From positions 124,001-188,000 of the forward strand of contig LSRY02000041.1 of NCBI GenBank assembly GCA_001643675.2: a DNA stretch of 64,000 nt, read 5' to 3'. This document shows, one piece after another, positions 10,971 through 22,217 of this stretch (the stretch's first letter is position 1; every line of letters begins with the position of its first letter). Source of the DNA: Monocercomonoides exilis PA203. Its lineage: Eukaryota; Protista; Preaxostyla. Position numbers and translations under genes: made by a program. The notes under the pieces were generated by a model. That model had not been told where the DNA came from. It did no database searches and saw nothing but the letters and a program-made list of their open reading frames with translations.

Positions 10971-12535
10971 GGAAATTAGAGATGTTAGTTTCTTTTGAAG
11001 CAGTTGGATTTATAAAACAAACAAAAACCTCTTCTTTTCGAGAAAAGAAGAAACATTTAAAGGAGAAAAGGATATTAGAAAGGACGATATGTTAGTCAGC
11101 GCATGATCTGTGTAAATTTATTGATTCAATTCACAATTTTCAATATCAACTAATCAATTTTTTTTTTTTTTCAATAACAATATGAAACACATTTTTTAAT
11201 TTGCAATTGTTATATTCCATTATCGTAATTATTGTTATCATGTTTTTGAAATCAGTTAACTAAAGTTTTATAATGTATTTCGAATTTTCGAAATTTTTGT
11301 ATAAATTTTTTATGTTTTTTTCAAAATTTGTTAGAAAAACGATTGGAAACAAATTTATTTCAACAAACAATAAATAACAACAATATATTTAACTATAATT
11401 TTATGTATTTTCGTATAAAGAATATCTTATCAACCCCACCCTTAATGAAAATTTTTTATGATCAAACGTCGGAATTTTTTATGATATCAAAAAAATCACC
11501 CATTTGTGGAATTTTTTGGCAAGGAAAGTGGCTGGCAATATCGAGGGAAGGATATCAATATCAAAAAAAAGGCAAGAATTCAACGAAAAAAATGAAAACC
11601 CCAATATATTGGTTTTATTTGTTAGGTTTTCCTGTTGCTCAGACTGGACAGACAGACATGGAAAGCGATGAAATTCTATTTCTGATTCCGTTTTTTCTTC
11701 AAAAGAGTGGAGAACAGCCAACAACGAGACATTCAATTATTGAATACTTTTCGGATATCAAACAATTTTCTGTCCAGCTGCATCTGAATTCTGCTCTGAA
11801 AGTATTTGGAATGTTATCAAACAGCAAGATTGACGTTGACAATTTGGTGTTTCTGTTTGTGCAGCGCACATTTGGCTATCATACATATCATCTGCTGCAA
11901 TTCCTCCTCCTCTTCTTCTTTCCGGATATCTGCATCTTCTCTATTATATACTCATCTTTTCAAAGGCAATCTCGAACTGAACAGCCTGGTGAATGAGATG
12001 ACTCCATTCTTTTCATTTGAGGCTGCAGCATGCAATCAGATCACGTTCAGCATGTTTCTCTTCTGTCATCGCTCCTCATTCATCCTTCCTTCTCTCTTCC
12101 TTCTCACATTTTCCCCCTCGCTGATTGCATGTTCTTCCACTTTGTATTGTAACAGCTTGCCTCGAAGCAGCTGATTTCTTTTCATTTTGCAAGTGTTTTA
12201 ACAGGCAAAGAATTGTTGGAGCTTATCGAGAAGAGTGAGAAGTGTGAATGAGAGAGAGAGAGAAAGGGAGGGAGGGAGGGAGGGGGGGGAGGGGGGCAAG
12301 AAAGAAGGAAGGAAGTTGATCAGTGAGGTTGTCTTGGGATTTAATGATTGTGACTCAACCGAATAGAAAGAGGAAGCGAAGAAAGAAAATTGAGACGATG
12401 ATGATAAATTTGTTTGATCTAAAACACTGGAACTAAAGTATTTAAAGGCATGAATCATTATATTTTCTTCATTTTTTTTATTATTTTCTTTTGATTTTAA
12501 TGTGAAATAATGCATTTTTTTAAGTTTCAATCAGA

Positions 12536-13116
12536 ACCCGACGAATCGAAACATTTGCGCACACTTCCGCATCATCTTCGACTTCTTCGTTTGTGTTCTC
12601 TCAGGGATAGTCATTGGGACAGACGACACAGCGCAGCTGAAGGTTCCACCACAGGAAGACATACAGACTGAGGTGAAGCTGCAGGCGTGTAGGATCGTGC
12701 CGCGGAGTGAATGTGCGTGCCTGTTTGTGAATCAAGAATTCCAGCCGCTGTCAATGCCACTTAATGCGCCAGCAGGTACAATGATTCCTTCGCTTGCTAC
12801 ATGTGCGCTGATGGGGCGCGTGTGTGGAGAGGCGCTGCACCCTGCAGCACCTGGTCAATTTCATTGCGCAACGATCTTTCGAGCGCATGGGGTAGCTGAG
12901 CATCTGGAGGCCGCGGCACACACATTATCCCCTTTGCTGGTGGTGGTAAAGGCGAAGCAGATACCGAATGCAGTACTGCCATGTGTTTTGTTAGCGCTGG
13001 CAGCGTATTTCTTGGCAGAGGTGTGTGGCGACTCGCTCAATGAGATGCTGATGAAGTTCAGAAGAATCCCGTCGATTGCGCTTCAACAACTGAAAAGAGC
13101 ATATTTTGGAGAAGAT
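12536..13116 (+). CDS. Hypothetical protein exon interrupted by a MITE
   Basis: Open frame that includes ORF 12673..13122. Removing the MITE 13117-13373 plus one TSD restores ...YFGED-DKEDGRE... in frame. Confidence 0.45.
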
Positions 13117-13373
13117 GGGTAATTATTTTTGAAATCATATATTTTTTTGGTGTGTTGATTTTTCAAAGATTGTTTGTTATTGAATAGAGAATTTTAATTT
13201 TTATTAAAAATTCCATCAAAACCACATTAAACACAAATGTTTTAACTAAAACAACAAAGAAAATATTTTTTTATTAGATTTTTCAATTTTTGGTGTTTTG
13301 TTGTTAATGCTTTTAAAAAATTTTCGAACCGAATTTTTTGAAAGAAATAATTTGATTTCAAAAATAATCACAC
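13117..13373. mobile_element. MITE, 257 bp, Sola-like TIRs, AGAT TSD
   Basis: GGGTAATTATTTTTGAAATCA ... TGATTTCAAAAATAATCACAC, with AGAT at 13113-16 and 13374-77. The first ~75 bp match the reverse complement of the right end of 56779-57034. Confidence 0.8.
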
Positions 13374-14571
13374 AGATGATAAAGAAGATGGAAGAGAAAT
13401 GAACAGGAGACAATGGAATTGCTGATTGAAATGAAGATTCCAAAGAAGAACGAGAAGAAGAGATGTTGAAACAGCAAAGAACGGAAGAGCACTGGAAATG
13501 GAGCAATTGCAGTAGAGGAGGAGCGGAGTTCAGATGTGATCGTATTGTATTGTCTGTTTGAATGATATTTTTGAACGAAGTGGAAGCAGAGGCCTCACCG
13601 AAGTATCATGTGGAAAGCTGGTAGCTGTGTGAGGAGTGGGTTGTACAGAGCGAAGAGACAGAAGTGATGGTGGATAAGGGGTTTTGGAGCAGGCGTGCGT
13701 GCAGAGAGAAGGGAAGTGATGGAAATAAAGATGGAGATAAGATGAAGAAGGGGGAGACAAAGAGGAAGGAGAGAGAAAGTGAAAGCGAAGAGGAATTATT
13801 AATGTTATCTATAAATTTCTCCGATAAGACACATTTTTATTGTGCACGTCACAATTAATCGGATATTTCATCTTCTTCGTCGTTGACTTGTGATTCAACT
13901 CATTTTTCTGATGATACAGCAGTTTTCACATCATTGAGCAGTGGAAGAAAAAGTTAATGGAGCAATTGAAAGTTTTTGCATCCTGTTGTCATCTGGCCAA
14001 CCGTTGCTGCGATTAGGAGAAAGATCAGAAAGGAGCAGGACAGCCAAAATATATCTTGAAAGAGACAGACAGTTGTGTAGACACCAACAAAGGCAGTTTT
14101 TGCAAGAGGAATGGAATGCATTCAGACAGCTGTGCAGGCAGAGAGAGAAGGCATGCAAGAACGCAACGCGATTTGAAAAGAGAAGTTCAGCCATCGTTGC
14201 ATTCTGATGCATTTCCTGAACTGTCTCTTGAGAAGACATCATTCTCTTCCTCTTTATGCTCTTCCTCTTCTCCTTCTTTTCCCACTTCTTCATCACATTC
14301 TTCTTCTTTTTTGATGTTTCCTCTCACTTCATATTGGATCAGATCCGCAACATTCGAATGTGTGTAAGATTTTCAATCAAAAGATAAATAAATCACGCAA
14401 AAAGTTTTATCATTTTGTTAGGCTGTTTTCAACAACATCATCGTCACTTTCAATGCATTCTGCAGTTTCGCTGGATGTGCATTTGATCCTCTTTTCTCTT
14501 CTGCGGCACACATCCTGCTATGTTTTGGAGCTTCGAATAGATTTGGTGAACAAGCTGCGCTGAATGGAGTA

Positions 14572-14990
14572 AATGGGCATCGCACGTAAAATGGCAGTGG
14601 AAGGGGGAAGGAGCAGCCAGATACGTCGAGCTCATGCTCTATCTTTGTGATACTACCAAGGAACTAAGAGAGGACAGCGTGTTCCAAAGGAAGAAGAAAA
14701 GAAAGAAAACTACAAAAGTTAGTTGAGCGCAGAGCAGAGGAAAGGAGTCAGCTGGAAACGTAAAAGCCGAAGACGAAGACAAAACAGAAAGACGAGTTTT
14801 ATGCATATCAAATTGACGCTTTCGACACAGGGCTTCCACAGGCAGTCACAGAAAGGAGGAGGAGGGACAGAGGAAAAGAAGGAGGTAATGAAAATGATGA
14901 TGAACAGTACCAGACATTTTACTCATTTGACAGCACATTCTCATCTGCTCAGCTGCACACTCAAAACATCACAGCCTCCTCAACATTTGC
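14572..14990 (-). repeat. Near-identical inverted duplicate of 8470-8888
   Basis: Direct sequence comparison; identical translated ORFs. Confidence 0.9.
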
Positions 14991-17459
14991 TTCTCTTCCT
15001 TTTTCTCCCTTTTTGCACACACAATTGTCTGCCCCTTCTGTTCTTGTTGACACTCCATTGAATCCCTTAACATTTTCATCTCCTTCCACAGACTTCTCTT
15101 CACTCACACAGAAGTCCTTCTGCACATAGAAAATTTCATCTCCATCTTTATCTCCTTATTCTTCTATTTCTTCTTTCTAACTGCTTATTCCTTGTATTAT
15201 TCTTGAGAAGAGCAGATTGCGCAATGCAGGTGTGTTGCAATCAGGAGCGAGTGAACAGTGAGGGATGTGTTTGAGCGGTGGAGGATTACACTGAACTGAA
15301 CAGCACATGAGGCTATCAAGGGATTAGTGTTGGTGGTGAGGAAAAGAAGAAGGAAAAGAGGTATTTCACAGAGTCATTTGAATAACTCAGAAAAAAAGGT
15401 TTCTCAAAAAAGAAGATGAAAGAAGCAAAAACAAAGAATAAATATATCACGATTTTGGCCACTCTTTTCTTTGATTTTCTGTCCGAAATCTGAAATTGAC
15501 GAAGGGCTCAACAATAAATCATTCAAACGCGATTTGCTTTCAGCATTTTCATTTGTCTATGCATCATTTTCGTTCACTTCTTTTTCTTTCCCACATCCAC
15601 TTCTTCTCCCTCTTTGCCTCCGTCTTTGTCTTCTCTTTCTCCTTCCTCTTCCTCTTCCTCTTCCCGCTCCTCCAGAACCGCAAGCGCAATCACTGCTGGA
15701 GACAGAACCATATCCTCCATCCTCAGCCAAACCTCCTCCATTCCCTTCTCCACAATCTCCCCCACTTCACACACTGCAACCCCTCTCCCCATCACTTCAT
15801 CACTTCCTCGTCCAGCTTCACCACCACACACCTCGACTGCGGAGATCGCGAAGCCAGCAGCAATGTAATAAACAGATCGCATTCACATCTGCCTCTGTAA
15901 AGATCCGCTTACTCCCCGACTTCGTGCACACCGATGCTGCAAGCGAAGGAAGCGGGGCGACCAGCGGAACAGAAAGCATCGCTGAAAGCACCACATCGTA
16001 TTCATACGCAACATACACATTAAGCACCGCTTGCCGCGCATATGCCCAAGCCGCCTCTCGATGTCATCCATCGCTCCTGCCGATGTGTATGAAGCATCCA
16101 CAGCCGACACATCTGAAGGGTCAATCGCATGCGCTGAAGATAGCCGATCATCTCCTATCGCCTTCTTCTCTACGCTTCTTAACCTTCTGAATGGTGAAGC
16201 AGAAGAAGAAAACTGATATTCCCGAAAGAAGAGAATATTGCTGCACTTCGATTGCAACAAGAAGCTTTTTGAAATAATCTTTCGTTTCATACAACAGCTC
16301 CAATGGATCCACAGACATCACATCCACATTCGGATCAGAAATATCTGTCATCAGCCAATACTCACCGTTTTCTAGCGATGGAAATAGATGGAACAGAATA
16401 TATTCAGCTGAGGAGTTGGAATGGGAAGAAGAAGTGGAGGAGGAAGTGAGGAAGATGAGGGAGAAAGAGGAAAAGGAGATAGAAAAATTGAGAAAGAAGA
16501 TGAAAAAAGACAAAGAAGGAAAAGAAGGAGAAAGATGAAAAGTTGAAAGTTTTGAGGAAGAAATGAAGAAGAAAGAAGAAATCAAAAAAGATGTGGCACA
16601 GAAGATTTTGAAGGAGATTTCAGACATTTGAAATGAAATTAAATCTCAAACTTTTTCTTCTTTTTCTTCTTTTTCATTCAGTCACATCTTCAATCAAGCA
16701 GAACAGGCTGATCTTTGCGTCAAGGAAATCATATCGCCAGAGGGAGTCTGCTGGTTTCTGTGTGTCAAGATGTCGCTGCTCATGTGACAGCTGGACTTGT
16801 CGAAGGAGTTATGTGAGAGTGTGTTTGTAGTGGAGGTGAGGTGGAATGTGCTGAGGTTGTTTTAGATGGGACTGGTGACGAAGGTGTGGTTGAGGAAGTG
16901 GGAGCTGACTGAGAAGAGAAAATAAAGAAAATGAACGAAATGAATTCGTAGAAAAAGATTGACAAATTATTTTTTAGTCTGAGAAGCGATAAGAAGTGTT
17001 ATGAAAGATTCATTTGGAAAACATTGGAGATAAAAGAAGACAATATGAATTGCATTTTCAAATGGGGGATTAAGATGAAGGAGAGCAGAAACTGAAGAAA
17101 AATGAATGGAGGATAAGAAAGAAGCTGAATGGGAATGTAATATGAAGAATTAAGAGAAAAAGAAGAGTTTATGAAAGTTGTTATCATTAATTATTGTAAC
17201 TCCTTCATTTTTTGAAACGATATTTACTTAATCTGTTGGGCTGATCAGCAGATACTGGAATATTTTTAAGAGATTTCATCTAGATTAATGAAAGGCACAT
17301 TTCTTTGTCGACGGAATAATAAAAACTCACATATTTGTTGCATTTTTTAAAGTTCTTTAATTATTTTTTTTCACTTTTATTTGCTTTGTATTAAATATAT
17401 AAATTCTTTTTTTTCTTTTGAATGTGTTTTGTTGGTTAAACTTAATTTATTATTTGTTA

Positions 17460-17671
17460 ATTTTTCTTAAACTTGATCAAAAAATCCTTTTTCACAAAAA
17501 ACATTAAAAAGGTTTGTTTTTTTGTTCTTCTTAATAAAACAAATATATATTACAGAAATAAAACCTAAATACTTGAAATAAATTTAACAAACTCTTTAAT
17601 CATCAAATACCATAATAGATTTTATTTTTTCGATTTTTGATCTTTTTTTATGATGTCAAAAAAAATCACCC
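17460..17671 (-). mobile_element. Left end of a second copy of the 3988-type element (inverted); other end not located
   Basis: Reverse complement aligns with 3988-4200 (GGGTGATTTTTTTTGAYATCATAAAAAAAGATCAAAAATCGAAAAAATAAAATCTAT...) for ~210 bp. Confidence 0.8.
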
Positions 17672-18245
17672 AAACCTTTGATTTTGAACTTCCCTTGTGG
17701 AATTTTCTCCTTCTTGGAATAGCCTTGTCAATTTCTACAATTTCACCATCACCTCCAATTGGCTGAGAATCCTGAAATGTGATTATCGAAGAAATTACAC
17801 GAAATTGAGAATACCAAAAACAAACGGTCTTTCTGTTGATGTCTTGATGAAAACTTGTTTGAGTGATATTCAATTTCAAACAAAAATGTAAAATGATTCT
17901 GAGAAGTTTGTTCAATGGTATTTTCGAGTTAAAGAATGAAGTATTTTCAAATAAACTGATCGATTTGTCGCATTTTGCACATCTGTATTGTTTTCTTGTT
18001 TCGAATCTTGAATAAATGTGCATTTTATTCAAACATCTCGGACATTTTTTATAGACAACTTTCAGCACATTCTTGATGAGCCAATCAAATGAACATGAAA
18101 CGCAAGGACATTTATCATTCAAATCTGCAATATCCTTTCTCGAATCGTTGATACTTGTTGGCATTGAATAGAAATCTAGCAATAAATCATTTATTTTGTT
18201 TTGTTGTTTGTAATATTCAAATTTTATTGATAACAATTTGCCCAT
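17672..18245 (-). pseudogene. Truncated Merlin / IS1595 (ISXO2-like) transposase
   Basis: CPRC...YRCAKC Zn ribbon, ENTSFFNSKIPL, HTH-like segment, then IGGDGEIVEIDKA.PRRRKFHKG....VWV. The consensus EIDE reads EIDK here, and the ORF is cut at the TIR at 17671. Confidence 0.85.
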
Positions 18246-18374
18246 AAATTTATTATTTTGTTAATGGAAATATTGACTTTTTATTAATTTTAATCTGTTT
18301 CAGTCGGCACTGAAATATTAAAAAAACTTATCGAATAAAATCATAATATCATATTGTGCACAAACAAATTATTA

Positions 18375-18855
18375 AATTGGCATAATAGTACAATATAGCA
18401 TTTTTCAAATTTCACAAATAACACACTATTCTGATGATATATGTTGTTTAAAGCACATGCTGTATGATAAAAGTTTGCGGAAATGTGTTATTGATAAAAA
18501 TAAAAAAATAAATCATTTCTATTTTTTCGTAATTTAAATTTTATCAAATGAACGCATTCCGAAGCAATTTTCACCATCTCCATCTCCCAAATTAACATCT
18601 CAATCATTAAAAACGTTTTTTTATCTTTTGCACAATGGGATCTCGGCTTTTTGAATTTTTCACCAATTACAATTATTTTATCTTATCCCATTAATAATTT
18701 GAAAAATTATATTTTTCTAATTTTTTCAACTTCATAAGAAAACGTTTCCGCACAAAATCATTAGCATTAAAAACAATAACATAATAAATGAAATCATACA
18801 ATATAAATTTTTTTCTATTTCAGTGAATATCACATTGTATTATTATGCCATTAAA
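18375..18855. repeat. Degenerate fold-back (long inverted repeat) element
   Basis: TGGCATAATAGTACAAT (~18378) vs ATTGTATTATTATGCCA (~18834), and TGCGGAAA (18476) vs TTTCCGCA (18745). Both pairs are centred near 18614. Confidence 0.5.
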
Positions 18856-19136
18856 TTTCGCAAAAAAACAAAAGAATTCCTGTTTCAATGTGTACTCTTA
18901 CCGAATTTTTTCTTGGGAATCCCTTGGAATTAAAAATATTTTGTGTTATGCATTTGACTGAAAAAGTGCAAAAAAAGATATGAATTATGAAATAAAAAAT
19001 CACATGAGAAATTGATGAAAAAGAAATAAAAGTGATGAATACACAATGAAGAACAAGAACATTTATTATTCATAAAGAAAAAAGAATAATAATTTTTATT
19101 CTAATCTTTCATTTCTTGTTTCTTATCCATGCACAA

Positions 19137-21551
19137 TTAGTTTTTTGATCTCTTTTTCCTCACAACAACAATGACAATCACAATCACCACAACTACCACA
19201 ACAACAACAATCGGCACAACAATGGCAACAACAATCACTCCTGTGCTTGTTTTCTTTTCATCTTTTGTTTGATCTTCTTCTGGATTGTCAATTGGTTTCT
19301 TTTTCTTTCCCTTGATATACTTTTCATACACATCCTCAGGCTCTGATGTTGAACTTATTGCTGCCACAATCCACCCAACAGTGGAATCATCAAAATCATT
19401 CGCAAACTCAAAGGCATTTTCTTGTTCACAGAATTCTTTGAAATCCAATGCCGATATGAACATCGAAGTGGTTTTTGATCCAGCTTTGTTTGAGCTGTCA
19501 ATCTCCAGATTGTTTGCAGCCGGAAGCTTCAAATTTGACACTGCCTTGAACATATCAATACATATTGCACCAGCGATTCCATTCGATGATGAACAGGACT
19601 TGAATGTGCATTTTCTTGTTCTTCCCAGTGAAATATTTGATTCATTATAAAAACATTTAATTCTCAAGCCTGCAACATTTCCAAATTCAGCATATATTTC
19701 CTGAACTTTCACTCCCTCGACAGAAATCTTTCCATCCGAATTTCCATTTAAATCAATGTTTATTGCAGGTCCCACTTCAAGATTGAGTTTGTTAATCTCC
19801 ACTCCGTTCAATGACACTTCACTGGCTCCATCAAAATCAAAGGGAAACCTAGAGAATGACACAAATGAGGTCTCATCTGTGCATTTCACTGTGTCCATTT
19901 CCACTGTTCCAGTTGTCACAAACACCAGATGTTTTCCGATGGAACTGTTTCCATCAGCATTTGAATTCATTCCTTCTTGTGTTTGTGATCCGATTCTGAC
20001 AAATCGACATGTTGATATTTTCAGTGATATTGAACCTGATCCTGCACTGATTAATGAGTCCCAATTCTTTTCTGTTGAAGAGAATTGGAAAGCCAGATAC
20101 TTGAATTCCACAATTTTCTGGCAAGAAAAGAGAATTGATGAAACAGAAACATCACAACTGATTGAAGCTTCTGTGTTTCCTTCTCCATTGTCATTCACTC
20201 CTTCGATTGTAATTCCACTATCAACATCAAATGTGATTTCCTCAGCTTTGATTGGATCATCCGTTCTGACAATGTCAACAAAGCATGCTCCACTTTTTGT
20301 CAAATATTCGTAAGCATCATTTAAACTATTAATTGCAGATTCAACACTCACGCCGTTTCCATAACAATCTTTCTTCACAAATGCCCTTGTCATGTTATCT
20401 GGTTTTGGAGGAGGAGGATCGAAATATTTGCTGGTGAAATCGTATTCCATTTTATTTTCTTCGTCATATCCGACAACGTTCCACGAATTGTCTTTTCGTG
20501 TGAAATCAGCTGCAAAACTTGCCTTCATTGCATCTGCGATGTCTTTTAATATAAACTCATTTTTCGTGCGAATTGCCAATCCAGTATTTCTTTTTGACTC
20601 TCCTTTTCCACGACTGCAATTCTGAAATACCAGATTCTTTCCATCTGTTGGCCATTTCAGTTGTGATGCTGATGTTATTCCTGTCATATTCAAATAGATA
20701 CCTCCTGCGTAGCCTGAATTGCAAGAAGTGAAAGTTGTGACTCCTCCATCTGCAACTGTGAATTTGCTTTTATGATGTTCGCTATAAAAGAAGACAACAC
20801 TACCTCTAGACGATTGACATTCCGTGAATGTGCTGCCATTCAAAGTTACATCTGCTTCATAATGAGATCCAATTATATTTACAATTTCAATATTGCTTGA
20901 TATTTTTTTTAACGTGACGTTATTCATTGACACTGTTACTTTCTGATTTATGCCGAAAAGAGTATTGTCAAATATTGCAATATCATCATCATCAGTGCAC
21001 TCAACATTTTCCATTATTAATATCCCATTATGCATTCTCACAAAATTCAAATGGATTTTTGTTTCATAAGACAACGGCCGAATAAATTGACAGTTGTTAA
21101 TTGTGAGTTCTTCTCCTCCACGAATTAATGAAAAAATTCCTTGTGGGACATTTTCTTTATTCAAAGTGATTGGAAAAAGGAATGCTAAATATTTGAATTC
21201 AACATCCCAACTACATGAGAATAAATCATTTCCTGGATGAACGTTACAATTTATTGCAACAATTTCATTTTTTGTTCCTTTGCTGTCAACTCCTTCCATA
21301 GTAATTCCATATCCAGATCCAATTGAAATAGCTTCCGCTTTCAATGCAGTTGCGGAATTTACAACATAAATGTTGCATGAATGATTTTTTCTCAGAAGAT
21401 CATAAGCACTTTTTAATGATTTCTTTTCCTGACCAATCTCTGTGCCAGTGTTGGTGTCATTTCCACTTTGTTTTACGTAAACTTCATATATATCTTCTTC
21501 ATTCAATTCTTGTGATGTTGCAAATGTGAAAGCCAGTAAAACAAAGAGCAT
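19137..21551 (-). CDS. Type-I membrane surface protein with tandem beta-helix/pectin-lyase-like modules
   Basis: Signal peptide MLFVLLAFTFATS. Two homologous modules (YVKQSGND..SL..AY..L..GIT.EGV...VEFKYLAF occurs twice). Val-rich C-terminal TM plus RKKRSKN tail. 804 aa. Confidence 0.85.
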   Translation of the reverse strand: MLFVLLAFTFATSQELNEEDIYEVYVKQSGNDTNTGTEIGQEKKSLKSAYDLLRKNHSCNIYVVNSATALKAEAISIGSGYGITMEGVDSKGTKNEIVAINCNVHPGNDLFSCSWDVEFKYLAFLFPITLNKENVPQGIFSLIRGGEELTINNCQFIRPLSYETKIHLNFVRMHNGILIMENVECTDDDDIAIFDNTLFGINQKVTVSMNNVTLKKISSNIEIVNIIGSHYEADVTLNGSTFTECQSSRGSVVFFYSEHHKSKFTVADGGVTTFTSCNSGYAGGIYLNMTGITSASQLKWPTDGKNLVFQNCSRGKGESKRNTGLAIRTKNEFILKDIADAMKASFAADFTRKDNSWNVVGYDEENKMEYDFTSKYFDPPPPKPDNMTRAFVKKDCYGNGVSVESAINSLNDAYEYLTKSGACFVDIVRTDDPIKAEEITFDVDSGITIEGVNDNGEGNTEASISCDVSVSSILFSCQKIVEFKYLAFQFSSTEKNWDSLISAGSGSISLKISTCRFVRIGSQTQEGMNSNADGNSSIGKHLVFVTTGTVEMDTVKCTDETSFVSFSRFPFDFDGASEVSLNGVEINKLNLEVGPAINIDLNGNSDGKISVEGVKVQEIYAEFGNVAGLRIKCFYNESNISLGRTRKCTFKSCSSSNGIAGAICIDMFKAVSNLKLPAANNLEIDSSNKAGSKTTSMFISALDFKEFCEQENAFEFANDFDDSTVGWIVAAISSTSEPEDVYEKYIKGKKKKPIDNPEEDQTKDEKKTSTGVIVVAIVVPIVVVVVVVVIVIVIVVVRKKRSKN

Positions 21552-21903
21552 GAGTTTTGATGTTTCTTGATCGATATCGCAACAGATCAACACATCCTTA
21601 ATACAAACTCAAATCGATGCAATAAATGGCTTGCTTTTCATAATTAATCAACGGAAAAGTTTCTTCATAAAAATTGGATAATTCTCAATATGAATGAAAG
21701 CTCTTGTTCAAACTGTGACTGATTTATGAATTGAATGAAAGTTAACACCCTTTAGAAATTTTTTATAACTATGTTTTTAATTATTATTTTCAAAAAGATA
21801 AGGGAAATATGGTATTAGCAAAAATGTTTAATATGCACAAATGAAACCTTTGCGACATATAAATTTGAGAGGTTTATGTCGGACGAAAGAATTTATTTGT
21901 GAG

Positions 21904-21904
<1 letters not shown>

Positions 21905-21954
<50 letters not shown>

Positions 21955-21978
21955 TTTTTTTTTTTTTTTTTTTTTTTT
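21905..21978. repeat. (ATT)n microsatellite followed by poly-T
   Basis: Seen directly. Confidence 0.9.
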
Positions 21979-22217
21979 AACTTTTCGAATTTTGTTCCAC
22001 AAATTGCTTTCAAATATTTTTCTCAACTTTTTAAAATTTCTTTTTTTTATTTTGAAAAATAATGTCAGAATTTCAATTATTCAAATGCGGAAATAGTTTG
22101 GAACAAATCACTTAATTTTTCATAAATTCAAAAATTCTGTACCATTTTTATTTTTTCGTTCACATTCAAAAATATTTTGTAAAAAAAATCCTAATAATGG
22201 AATTTTGGTAAAGAATA

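Larger units (their letters stand above)
3988..11501. mobile_element. Non-autonomous 7.5-kb TIR element carrying host-gene fragments (Pack-type, Sola2-like ends)
   Basis: Left end GGGTGATTTTTTTTGATATCATAAAAAA (from 3988) and right end TTTTTTATGATATCAAAAAAATCACCC (11475-11501) are inverted repeats. ATTT flanks both sides (3984-87, 11502-05). No transposase was recognised inside. Confidence 0.75.

Noticed and set aside
11328-11996. 222-aa ORF
   Set aside because: It reads through the TIR/TSD junction, is AT-rich and has no recognisable domain.
12950-13070. Resemblance to the chorismate synthase C-terminus (GDSLNE)
   Set aside because: No RSD/RHD or GG..GG motifs; the match is too short.
17645-17671. 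GGGTGA TIR as the Merlin element's own terminus
   Set aside because: Complete copies show 4-bp TSDs, not the 8-9 bp typical of Merlin, and the TIR interrupts the catalytic domain.
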